A stretch of 64,000 nucleotides of DNA, from the IMG/VR virus record IMGVR_UViG_3300035698_017111, positions 32,001 to 96,000 of that record; one strand, written 5' to 3'. The DNA is from a virus. The translations under genes were made by a program, and so were the position numbers. This document shows, piece after piece, positions 49,021 to 57,329 of the stretch. Below the pieces are notes generated by a model. It saw only the letters and a program-made list of their open reading frames with translations. It was not told the DNA's origin and searched no databases. The stretch's first letter is position 1; every line of letters begins with the position of its first letter.

Positions 49021-49687
49021 AAAAATTGTAGATAAAGAAACACCCACAGACAATATCCCCGGTGGATTTGCTGATAATATGCCAGATGAGTCCTTTGACG
49101 AAGAACAAATTGCCAAGGGAATAAAGATAGAAATGGAACATGTTGATGATGTTGATCTAGCAAGAGAAATATCAAAGGACCATCTTAAAGAATTCCCTAA
49201 ATACTATAACGCTTTAGAAGAAATGGAAAAGAAACTAAAGAATGAAAAGAAAGCTTTTAATTTCAGAAGGATTGTTGCTCAAGAAGAATACGAGGGACAT
49301 TCTAGTGTTGTAGATAGTATGGAACTTGGTGGAGGGGACGGCCGTAAATTAGATCCTAAAACAAAGGTTCAAATAAATAATGAGTTAGATTCTAAATTCA
49401 TTCACTATCCTGGCACTAGTAAAACAATATTTTTCAAACAAATACCAATGGCAGATATCGAAAATATTATTGCCAAATACGGTGTGGTTCTTCTTCAAGA
49501 AGACAATACAAAATTGCAACTACTGTTTCTAAGTGGAGAAGATAGTTATGACTATTTTGATGCAGCATATGCCGACTCAAAGGATGGGGAGTCTGGATTC
49601 TATATCCCATTTGAGAACACAAGATTATATCTACATTGGACTCGTGTAGACAACGGAACATATTATATTAATGTTCGTCTTACCTAA
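49004..49687 (+). CDS. DUF5661-like domain protein
   Basis: IPGG.AD, GIKIEMEH, EISKDHL.E...YY. Confidence 0.75.
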   Translation: MNWYAKKIVDKETPTDNIPGGFADNMPDESFDEEQIAKGIKIEMEHVDDVDLAREISKDHLKEFPKYYNALEEMEKKLKNEKKAFNFRRIVAQEEYEGHSSVVDSMELGGGDGRKLDPKTKVQINNELDSKFIHYPGTSKTIFFKQIPMADIENIIAKYGVVLLQEDNTKLQLLFLSGEDSYDYFDAAYADSKDGESGFYIPFENTRLYLHWTRVDNGTYYINVRLT

Positions 49688-50152
49688 TTAACCCAAAAGA
49701 ACATAACAACCAGCACGTGGATGATTTGCGTAAATTTCTTCAATTTGCTGTGCTTTAATAATATGTGCTGGGTCAATTAATATTATTGGATTTTCATGTC
49801 TATGAAATGTACATCTTTCTACTTCTGATATTGGAATAATTCTCGATTTTTGATCTTCACTTATTTCAGATCTTTGATTTTCCATCATTCTAAATATGAG
49901 ATCTTTACAGTACATGTGTGTGGGGCCTATTAAATAACATTGTTTAAAATATGATAGTAACATAATGGCCAATGTTGTATTTCCCATTCTCCTTGGCAGT
50001 TTGGTTGCAATTGTCTTTAACTCCCTATCTGCACGAATAGGACCCAGATGTGCTATCTCTTTTGAAAGGTCACATTCTAAAATATACTCCACACATTCCA
50101 CTAAACCAGAAAATATACTAAACAATTTAGGATCTATTTTACCAAGTTCCAT
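49688..50152 (-). CDS. hypothetical protein with degenerate P-loop
   Basis: PRRMGNTT, ILID. Confidence 0.5.
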   Translation of the reverse strand: MELGKIDPKLFSIFSGLVECVEYILECDLSKEIAHLGPIRADRELKTIATKLPRRMGNTTLAIMLLSYFKQCYLIGPTHMYCKDLIFRMMENQRSEISEDQKSRIIPISEVERCTFHRHENPIILIDPAHIIKAQQIEEIYANHPRAGCYVLLG

Positions 50153-50282
50153 TTTTTCGTCTCCTTATACTGTTGTACTGTCATTAGTTTACATAGTACG
50201 ATTAGGATATACAAGTAAAATCGACAGCCAAGAAGGATTTTTTATGTTTTAAGCGGAATTTAGATTAAGTGAGGATAATACC

Positions 50283-50618
50283 ATGGCTTATGAAGACTAC
50301 AACCCACTAGAACAAGTTCTTGCTCAACAAAGAGACCAATATGCTGAAGAACTAAAAGCATTGAAAGGTCAACTACAGAACATAGGACTTTCAGAGATAC
50401 ATTACAAAATGGTAATAGAAGAATGTCAAAATGCTTTGAGCAAAATATTCAAAACAGCTTCTTCTGATTGTGATGAATACGATTTAAAAGATATTCGTGA
50501 AGAAATACAAAGAACTCTATCTGTTGTGAAAAGACAAGTGGAATTAGTGCAAGAAACAAAAGAAAAGGGATTTGATGCTGCATATGCATTTAATTTAAGA
50601 AGAACAAAAAAGGGTTAA
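50283..50618 (+). CDS. hypothetical coiled-coil protein
   Basis: GAGG RBS; SigH-like promoter at 50234-50260. Confidence 0.6.
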   Translation: MAYEDYNPLEQVLAQQRDQYAEELKALKGQLQNIGLSEIHYKMVIEECQNALSKIFKTASSDCDEYDLKDIREEIQRTLSVVKRQVELVQETKEKGFDAAYAFNLRRTKKG

Positions 50619-50893
50619 AGGTCCCATTCTTTTTTACCCATAAAATCAATTGCCTCATCCTCTGAGTCAAACATAAAATCCTGACGTATCATTCCCTCAT
50701 CATCATATTCTGTTGTATAGAACGCAAACGATGTCTTAATCTTCCCATCTGTTTCATCTTCACGCATTTCGTATATAACCGAGACAATGGTTGTTCTAAC
50801 AAAAGAAATAATATCTAGATTCTCATTGTCATAATCTGGAATCCAAACTTCATCACCTATATCGTAAATGGGTTTTTCTCCAGATATCCGCAT
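50615..50893 (-). CDS. hypothetical protein
   Basis: YDIGDEVW...FDSEDEAI small phage protein; likely start MRISG at 50893. Confidence 0.55.
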   Translation of the reverse strand: MRISGEKPIYDIGDEVWIPDYDNENLDIISFVRTTIVSVIYEMREDETDGKIKTSFAFYTTEYDDEGMIRQDFMFDSEDEAIDFMGKKEWDL

Positions 50894-50920
50894 AATGCAT
50901 TCCCTATTGATAAAAATTAT

Positions 50921-51093
50921 AGGAGTGGTTGACTTCGGGTTTGTAACCTGACACCTAACGCTCATGGCGTGAGGACGTTCTGGCCTTGGGTATGATCCTC
51001 ACCAGATTTTTCAGCCCGTACTTCAGTTGTTACAATTTGAGGCTACCCTTTTCTCATACTCAGTACGATTAATTACGTACAGCAACCACTCCC
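50921..51093 (-). ncRNA. candidate structured ncRNA directly downstream of the release factor gene
   Basis: 10-bp closing stem GGAGTGGTTG/CAACCACTCC; internal stems TTGTAAC/GTTACAA, GTGAGGA/TCCTCAC, GTACG/CGTAC. Confidence 0.55.
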
Positions 51094-51099
51094 ATTTTC

Positions 51100-51808
51100 T
51101 TATACGACATTGTATATCTTGTCGAGATCTCCCCTAAGGAATTTCGCTAAAGAAAACTTACCTTCAGGACACTCAACACGATCTCTTCTATAGTTATAGT
51201 TTCTATTATAACCACCACGTTTTCCTTTATTTTGATTCTGAGAGTCATATTGTCCCTTGATGTCTGTGTGTTTTTTCTTCTCACTAATCACAGACATTTT
51301 CTTGGATAGTCGTTCAAAAGCTATCTCTTTGTTTTTTCTCTGATCACGAGTATCACAACATTCAACGGTTATTCCGTCGTATTGCAAACGAACACCAGAG
51401 AGAGTTTTATTTCTTTTCTGTCCACCACAACCAGAATCCTTATAGTACGTAACCCTAACCTTTGATTTATCAATAGTGTTCTCTTCGACTCTATTCTTTT
51501 CGACAAGAACGACATTGATCAAAGAAGTTTGGACCCGGCCACGAGTCTCCGTTGGAGGGACTCTCTGGACACGGTGAACTCCAGGCTCTCTTCAGAACCA
51601 GTCTCTACATCCAGGTCCAGTTAATTCTAATTCTGTTTGTTTTGCGGTTTGAGACACAACACGGGCTTTAATGTTATGTTTTGCAGCATGCTTCAGGTAA
51701 GCCTTGAGTAGGTCCTGAGCAAATAGGCGGGAATCCTGACCTCCCTCACCAGGCAAGATTCGAAGATAGAGGGGGCTAAAGACAACTCCTTTTCGTTTGT
51801 GTTTTCAT
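51100..51808 (-). CDS. class I peptide chain release factor (RF1-type PxT, lacks domain 1), about 235 aa via +1 frameshift at CTT-TAG and readthrough of an in-frame TGA
   Basis: Conceptual product MKTQTKRSCL/SPLYLRILPGEGGQDSRLFAQDL...WF*REPGVHRVQRVPPTE...GCGGQKRNK...RNYNY; AGGAG RBS before the ATG at 51808. Confidence 0.85.
51775..51790 (-). other. prfB-like programmed +1 frameshift cassette
   Basis: AGGAGT TGT CTT TAG C: internal SD, 3-nt spacer, CUU-U slippery site, stop codon. Confidence 0.85.
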
Positions 51809-51894
51809 AATTACTCTCCTTTTTAGTATTTCTCATATCAATACGATTTTCTTTATGCAAATACCTCGTTACATGATTTATCGTATACTACAGG

Positions 51895-52371
51895 ATGGAG
51901 AACGATATGACAAGTGAAAAATGGGAACCACTGAAAGATTTAGGACTCGATACTAATCCATGCCAAGAATGTGGTGGACGATGCTGTAAAGAAGGAGTCC
52001 ATATAGAACAAGGGAAATTCGTTCCTGGTCTAACGGAGCAAAGCATTAGATGGGCAGAGTGTTGGGAAGGTGTTGAAACATATGTGTACTCTACTCAACT
52101 TGGAAAGCTTTGGGGAATCAAGATACCAAAACTACAATGTAAACATATTGGCCAAGACGGTGGTTGTTCAATACACGAGAACAAACCACCTGCCTGTAGG
52201 GAATACTTCGGCTTGAAGCCAACTGGACCAGATCCAGACTGTCTTTTGATTCGTGAACTATTACGACAAGACAAAGTCCCATACGAAGATTGGGTAAAAC
52301 AACTTTGGCCAAAAGGATTACCACTGACCAAATGGTTGAAAGAGTTAGGAATTGTTCTTATACCGAAATGA
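51895..52371 (+). CDS. YkgJ-like Zn/Fe-chelating CxxCxxCC protein
   Basis: CQECGGRCC, CKHI...CSIHENKP.ACREY. Confidence 0.8.
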   Translation: MENDMTSEKWEPLKDLGLDTNPCQECGGRCCKEGVHIEQGKFVPGLTEQSIRWAECWEGVETYVYSTQLGKLWGIKIPKLQCKHIGQDGGCSIHENKPPACREYFGLKPTGPDPDCLLIRELLRQDKVPYEDWVKQLWPKGLPLTKWLKELGIVLIPK

Positions 52372-52534
52372 TTTCAACTCTTTTGCCAATATCTACAAGA
52401 ATAACCTCTCCACCCTTATAGACATCTTTCTGTAGACTCACAACTGGTGTTATTCCCCAGTCCTGATCAAAACAGACGACTTCGGTTTCTTCATCTTCAT
52501 TTTGAAGCAATTCAATAAGTTGTTTAACTTTCAT
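52358..52534 (-). CDS. hypothetical protein
   Basis: MKVKQLIELL start, common phage small protein. Confidence 0.55.
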   Translation of the reverse strand: MKVKQLIELLQNEDEETEVVCFDQDWGITPVVSLQKDVYKGGEVILVDIGKRVEIISV

Positions 52535-52544
52535 TTGTCTATTC

Positions 52545-52889
52545 CTATTCCATGTATAGTAGAAGATATCCAGGATCTTCTGTTGTTTCTGATATTTCAG
52601 CTGCGTGAGAAAAAGCTGCGTAAAGCACATCGTGAAGTTGAACTGGAGAACCAGAGAGTCTCTCTTTGTAGTCTTCCAGTTTGTCTGGCATCCAAAACAG
52701 ATACTCAGAAGTTTCTGAATGAACAAACGTGGCATTTTGTTTCAGCCAATTTTCTATCTTGGCTTTGTCATCGGGTCCAAGGACATTAAACAATTCGCCA
52801 AGACTAAACTCATATAGATTTCTTGATCGAAATGTCATGACTCTTTCGTTCTCATCACCAGAATCAAGCGTTACAGATATTTCGTCCAT
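52545..52889 (-). CDS. hypothetical protein
   Basis: AAGGTGG RBS. Confidence 0.55.
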   Translation of the reverse strand: MDEISVTLDSGDENERVMTFRSRNLYEFSLGELFNVLGPDDKAKIENWLKQNATFVHSETSEYLFWMPDKLEDYKERLSGSPVQLHDVLYAAFSHAAEISETTEDPGYLLLYME

Positions 52890-53100
52890 CTTTATCCACC
52901 TTTCTATTCCATTCTAAGTATATACCAGTCTCATATCGAAGAAACTTGAAAGGGAAGAAGACATACGAACATGGTGTGTATTGTTTCTTCTTTCTATCGC
53001 CACGACTAGTACCCACACACAGAACTGGAATCCAATAAATACACTTCTTGCATGTGCAATCACTTCTTTTCGGCCATATCATATCACCTGAAAATCTCAT
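52864..53100 (-). CDS. small Cys-rich hypothetical protein
   Basis: CTCKKC; preceded by a TCGTAT motif. Confidence 0.4.
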   Translation of the reverse strand: MRFSGDMIWPKRSDCTCKKCIYWIPVLCVGTSRGDRKKKQYTPCSYVFFPFKFLRYETGIYLEWNRKVDKDGRNICNA

Positions 53101-53170
53101 TTGTCAACCCTCTTACTCCACTATACGACAAATCGTATAATGACAATAAATATACACGAAAGGAAGAAAA

Positions 53171-53590
53171 ATGGTATTTAACCTGAAAGCAGAAAAGGGT
53201 AAGAAAGTATTCCTTGGTGGAACATGTAATGAATCTACCTGGAGAGATGATCTGATTCCAGATCTGGAAATCGATTTCTTTGACCCAGTTGTTGACGATT
53301 GGGATGACGCAGCATATAAGATAGAGTTGAAGGAAAGAGAAACATGTAATTTCTGCCTCTATGTTATTACGCCAAAAATGACTGGAGTCTATTCTATTGC
53401 TGAAGTTGTTGATGATTCGAACAAAAGACCAAAGAAGACCGTATTCTGTTTTCTGAAAAAAGATGGTGATAAAACGTTTGACAAAGGACAGGTCAAGTCG
53501 TTAGAGTCAGTACAGAAGATGGTTGTCGATAACGGTGGACAGTCTTTTGAGTCGTTGGAAGAAGTGGCCAAGCATCTAAACTCTCAGTAA
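53171..53590 (+). CDS. nucleoside 2-deoxyribosyltransferase-like protein
   Basis: VFLGGTC..STWR, FDPVV.DW, GVYSIAEV. Confidence 0.85.
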   Translation: MVFNLKAEKGKKVFLGGTCNESTWRDDLIPDLEIDFFDPVVDDWDDAAYKIELKERETCNFCLYVITPKMTGVYSIAEVVDDSNKRPKKTVFCFLKKDGDKTFDKGQVKSLESVQKMVVDNGGQSFESLEEVAKHLNSQ

Positions 53591-53693
53591 TTTTGGCCGA
53601 AAGATTTTTCTTGACTTGTAGTTCACTGTCGTATATAAAGAACTGTAGATTGAGTGAAGGAAAAAAAGTTACGGCCAAAAGAGGAATTAGTAC

Positions 53694-53722
53694 TTGACTT
53701 GCCGTATAGAAAGTGTTACACT
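53694..53722 (+). promoter_or_regulatory. sigma70 promoter for the RNA cluster
   Basis: TTGACT-17-TACACT with an extended TG. Confidence 0.7.
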
Positions 53723-53740
53723 CAATGAAGTAAAAGATTT

Positions 53741-53826
53741 AGCCAGAACTTGAAGCTGTTACAGCTTATGCAAAAAGCACTGCCCTCAATAAAGGGCGGT
53801 ACACAACAACTTCTAAGAACCTGGCT
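53741..53826 (+). ncRNA. Y RNA-like element 1 (reduced tRNA-like domain)
   Basis: AGCCAG/CTGGCT terminal stem, GAAC, inner stem GAAGCTGTT/AACAACTTC, TTACA, two hairpins. Confidence 0.55.
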
Positions 53827-53895
53827 TTAAAATTTATAGGAAGGGGCAGGAGATAGGGATGACAGGTAAAGGATAGAGTCCTCGGACTAAATTTT

Positions 53896-54015
53896 GACTG
53901 GAACGGATAGTCATTACAGTGATAGCTCATTTTGGTAGAGCATCGGCCTTCAACGCCGGTTGTTATAGGTTCAATTCCTATTCACCCAAACAAACTGACT
54001 CTCAATAATCCAGTC
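53896..54015 (+). ncRNA. Y RNA-like element 2 (YrlA-like tRNA mimic, anticodon TCA)
   Basis: GACTGGA/TCCAGTC and AGTCA/TGACT stems enclose a D arm, anticodon arm (loop CTTCAAC) and T arm GGTTCAATTCC; acceptor stem only 4 bp. Confidence 0.7.
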
Positions 54016-54056
54016 TATTAATTTTAAATAAAATAAAGAAAGAGAGAAACAAGCAA

Positions 54057-54260
54057 ATGGCAGACAAAACACCGAGTCAATTAGTTGTGTACGAGGGTGA
54101 AGACGAAGTACTTGTTACTACACTTGAAAATGAACACATTCTAATTCAAGAATTTTTCGAAGAAGGTGAAAGAGACAAAGAAGATTATGGACGAACTGTT
54201 ACAAATTTCGAATCTGTTGTCCATATCGAAACTGGTCTGTTGCAAGTTAGCACATGTTAA
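54057..54260 (+). CDS. hypothetical acidic protein
   Basis: 67-aa ORF between RNA elements. Confidence 0.5.
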   Translation: MADKTPSQLVVYEGEDEVLVTTLENEHILIQEFFEEGERDKEDYGRTVTNFESVVHIETGLLQVSTC

Positions 54261-54265
54261 AGGTT

Positions 54266-54393
54266 TTGCTAGGAACGGCACGTTGATACAGACAAAATAG
54301 CTCAGCTGGTAGAGCTGTTGGTATTCTAACCAATAGGCGTAGGTTCAATTCCTACTCTTGTCACCTTTACTCAACTGGTAATCACCCTAGCAA
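54266..54393 (+). ncRNA. Y RNA-like element 3 (tRNA mimic, atypical 8-nt anticodon loop)
   Basis: TTGCTAGG/CCTAGCAA and GTTGA/TCAAC stems enclose a cloverleaf at 54291-54363. Confidence 0.7.
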
Positions 54394-54400
54394 TTAAAAC

Positions 54401-54432
54401 AAGGCCCCTCAAACGAGGGGTCTTATTTTTTC
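54401..54432 (+). terminator. rho-independent terminator
   Basis: AAGGCCCCTC/GAGGGGTCTT stem plus T run. Confidence 0.8.
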
Positions 54433-54522
54433 TTTAAGTTTCTCAGCCAAAAGACTTGACATTGACCACACAATATGTTTAGATGAAATCTGTGGCAAGA
54501 CATAAAGGAAAGGAATACCACA

Positions 54523-56193
54523 ATGACTACAGCACTAGCACCAAAAACAAGTAAGATGGTTACTGATCTGACCGAGAGAGCTTCGATTCAGGTTCCAGAA
54601 AGCGTGGACACATGGTTGAAAACCGTGGATGTTGACACTGTCGCATCTATTGTGGATCGTTTCCTCGACGTTTGTACCACAGTCACTGGACGAGCCACCC
54701 ACTACAACTCCAAAGCCGATCAAGAAAGACTCATGGCAGGATTGCATACTGAGCTTTTCGACGTTGACCGTGGTATGTATGGTCTTCTAGTGTGCCTTGA
54801 GGGTGCAATGGATATCAGTAGACAAATGGCCATGTCCAGATTGCTTGATAATCCAAGAGAAGGTGAGGCTTTGCTTACAGTACATCAGGAAAATCAACTC
54901 ATCAGTCACCTTGCACTGAGCATGCCTCCACAAAGAATGTTGAAACTCTACAAGAAATTCGTAGAGCAAAAGGTCAACAACTCTCGTGCTCGTAAACTGA
55001 TCCTTCGAACGATTATTCAGCAACCAGTTGGAAGACTGGAGCATTGGGCGGTCATGTATCGTTCCAAGTTGGCTTCGGCAATCCGACATGCACTGGGACT
55101 CAAGTCCAGTTACGTTCTGGAGAAGACTCTTGAGAGGAAACTCTCCGGTAAGAGAATGTCTACAGACCAGAATAAAACTATTCGTAAACTTGTTGGTAAG
55201 TTTATGAAAGAGATCTACGATAACAATGATACCAAGAACAAAAAGTTGGAAATCATTGGCTTTATTCTCGGCATTGAAACCGGAATGGAATTGAAGAAAA
55301 CCAAGGCATATGTTGCTGTGAAGGAAGGAAATTTCGCAGCTGGTAAAGTTCTTCCTCTCGAAACAATGGAAGGTCTCAGAAGCGTTTACCACCCAAAGAA
55401 AACGGCCAAAGACATCCTTGAACTAACCAAGGATACTATGACCAAGGGTCAGAAGATGGTTCGACAGAGACAGGCCAAAGAAGTTGGTGTTAAGATTGAC
55501 CTAGATCCAAAGCAGTACGATCCTGTCAAACTTTACATCTACTGTTACGAGCAAGGTATCGATGGCCCAATCATGAAGGCTCTTGAAGAGAAGGCACAAA
55601 GTGCCGTTAAGAACCTCCCCCTTCGTTTTGGGAAGATTGGCATCCTGCTTGACAACTCAGCTTCGATGTTTGGCCACAAGACACAAGGAAACCGTCCAAT
55701 GGCAGTTGCCTTGTCGATTCGTGACTATCTGTCGGCAGCAGCCGATGAAGCAAATGTCGAACTCGTCAACAGACCTGCGAGATTGACAAAGAAGAGAAAA
55801 GCTCTTCCTCTTCCAGAGGGTGACACTTCTCTCGCACAAGCTCTCGTTCAAATGCTTAAAGAAAAGAACGAAGCTATCTTTGTTATCAGTGATGGTTATG
55901 AGAACGCTCCGGCCGGACGTTTTGCCGAAGTTCTCAAGTTGGCCAGACAGGTCGGTGTGAAGACACCAGTGTACCAGATCAGTCCTGTTGCAGCAGCAGA
56001 AGCATCAGGTATCAAACATCTGGCACCGGGGCTCGTTGAAGCTCTTCCAGTCTCGAACGCAAATAGCCTTGGAACAACATTGTTCAAGGCACTGTTGGTG
56101 GCACGTCCCAAAGAAGGACTTCGTGTTCTTATTGGAATGGGCATGAAACAGCTTGATAACATTAAGAAGATCGATTACGAAGGGAGAAAGTAA
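54523..56193 (+). CDS. Ro60/TROVE-like protein: helical N-domain plus C-terminal vWA
   Basis: MIDAS motif DNSAS, GDTSL, ISDG; about 370-aa helical N-part; adjacent to Y-like RNAs. Confidence 0.65.
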   Translation: MTTALAPKTSKMVTDLTERASIQVPESVDTWLKTVDVDTVASIVDRFLDVCTTVTGRATHYNSKADQERLMAGLHTELFDVDRGMYGLLVCLEGAMDISRQMAMSRLLDNPREGEALLTVHQENQLISHLALSMPPQRMLKLYKKFVEQKVNNSRARKLILRTIIQQPVGRLEHWAVMYRSKLASAIRHALGLKSSYVLEKTLERKLSGKRMSTDQNKTIRKLVGKFMKEIYDNNDTKNKKLEIIGFILGIETGMELKKTKAYVAVKEGNFAAGKVLPLETMEGLRSVYHPKKTAKDILELTKDTMTKGQKMVRQRQAKEVGVKIDLDPKQYDPVKLYIYCYEQGIDGPIMKALEEKAQSAVKNLPLRFGKIGILLDNSASMFGHKTQGNRPMAVALSIRDYLSAAADEANVELVNRPARLTKKRKALPLPEGDTSLAQALVQMLKEKNEAIFVISDGYENAPAGRFAEVLKLARQVGVKTPVYQISPVAAAEASGIKHLAPGLVEALPVSNANSLGTTLFKALLVARPKEGLRVLIGMGMKQLDNIKKIDYEGRK

Positions 56194-56195
56194 AA

Positions 56196-57257
56196 ATGGC
56201 TAAGACGACTACCAGCATCAGAGAGGTCCTGAGAGGGACCAAAACGGGTCGTATGCAGTCTGTGGGTAGAATGCAAGTCATTCCACTCATACTGGATATG
56301 CCCGAGGACAACAGGTTTACCTCACCAGAAATTCTCTGGATTAAGAACCGTGATTACGGTAGCATTAATCTAGACAACAGAGGTGATGTGACAACGATTG
56401 CACCAGTGGGTGCTACGTATCTCACCAAACAGTCAGCACAGGATCATGCCATCATGAATGCTGAGCTTGTTAAGGCAAAATCTGGAGTTGAAGTAGATAC
56501 GGCAGCTTGTGTCCAGTCAAGCCAAGGTGGAACTATTCGTAACGAGCAAACCGAACTCTTGATTCTGCCATATGCCCTTCGAGAAGCTTCGATTGGTATG
56601 AGAAAGACCAAGAGATACAATAAACTATGGGATGATATCGGCAAGTTCAACAAACTCGCTAAATGTGGATCTGGTAGCGAGCATCTCGAATACTTCGTAA
56701 AAACGCATGAGTCCACAATGGATGATTTCGTTGCACAGTTCGAGATCGTTCCTGGACAGGTCGGAGCAATTGTTCTGATTGATGGTGAAGTCTACGGAGT
56801 TGAAAGAGCACCTAACTGTCAGTACTGGGAAGGTGTCTGGTCTCCACTGATTCGTATGTGTTACGGATCGCAGGCTATCATCGCAGATCTTGAAGACAAG
56901 GCAAAGAAGGGTCCACGTACCAGTAACGCAATGCTAAATCCCCTTCCTTCTGATGTTGAGGATCTCGATGATATCGAGGAAGCCCTCAAGGAAGCAGACG
57001 AACAGTATTCTGAAGCTTCTATGGATGTTGTTCGCAACCTTCTGGACGATGAGTTCAAGAGAGAGGATGTCGCAAGACAATCTTTCCTCACTGACGAAAA
57101 GGAGACTGTGAATCTCGACAGAGTGACCGTAAGCAACGACCAGTTCGTTGGACAGGTCTTCCAAGACGGTCCTCAGGTTTGTTACGCATCAATGGTGACG
57201 AAGAAAGGCTGGAAGAAACATGCCAGCTGGAGAGCGGCACCGGCGTTTGATGCCTGA
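56196..57257 (+). CDS. ARPP-1/DUF6569-like protein
   Basis: AQDHA, ACVQSSQGG, FEIVPGQVGAIVLIDG..GVE pattern. Confidence 0.6.
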   Translation: MAKTTTSIREVLRGTKTGRMQSVGRMQVIPLILDMPEDNRFTSPEILWIKNRDYGSINLDNRGDVTTIAPVGATYLTKQSAQDHAIMNAELVKAKSGVEVDTAACVQSSQGGTIRNEQTELLILPYALREASIGMRKTKRYNKLWDDIGKFNKLAKCGSGSEHLEYFVKTHESTMDDFVAQFEIVPGQVGAIVLIDGEVYGVERAPNCQYWEGVWSPLIRMCYGSQAIIADLEDKAKKGPRTSNAMLNPLPSDVEDLDDIEEALKEADEQYSEASMDVVRNLLDDEFKREDVARQSFLTDEKETVNLDRVTVSNDQFVGQVFQDGPQVCYASMVTKKGWKKHASWRAAPAFDA

Positions 57258-57274
57258 TAGACTTCCAAGCACGT

Positions 57275-57310
57275 AAAAACCCCGGCCAGTAATGACCGGG
57301 GTTTTCTTTT
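57275..57310. terminator. bidirectional terminator
   Basis: AAAAACCCCGG...CCGGGGTTTT between convergent genes. Confidence 0.85.
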
Positions 57311-57329
57311 GCTTTATATAAATCTTCTA

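Noticed and set aside
51560-51594. Selenocysteine insertion at the RF UGA
   Set aside because: Only a weak 5-bp hairpin follows, and the position is not a Cys or catalytic site in release factors.
53102-53107. TTGACA on the minus strand as a -35 element
   Set aside because: It lies directly against the start codon at 53100, too close to serve as that gene's promoter.
53919-54365. Calling the two cloverleafs ordinary tRNA genes (Sec, suppressor or Arg)
   Set aside because: One has a 4-bp acceptor stem, the other an 8-nt anticodon loop; neither has a Sec variable arm, and both sit inside larger conserved stems.
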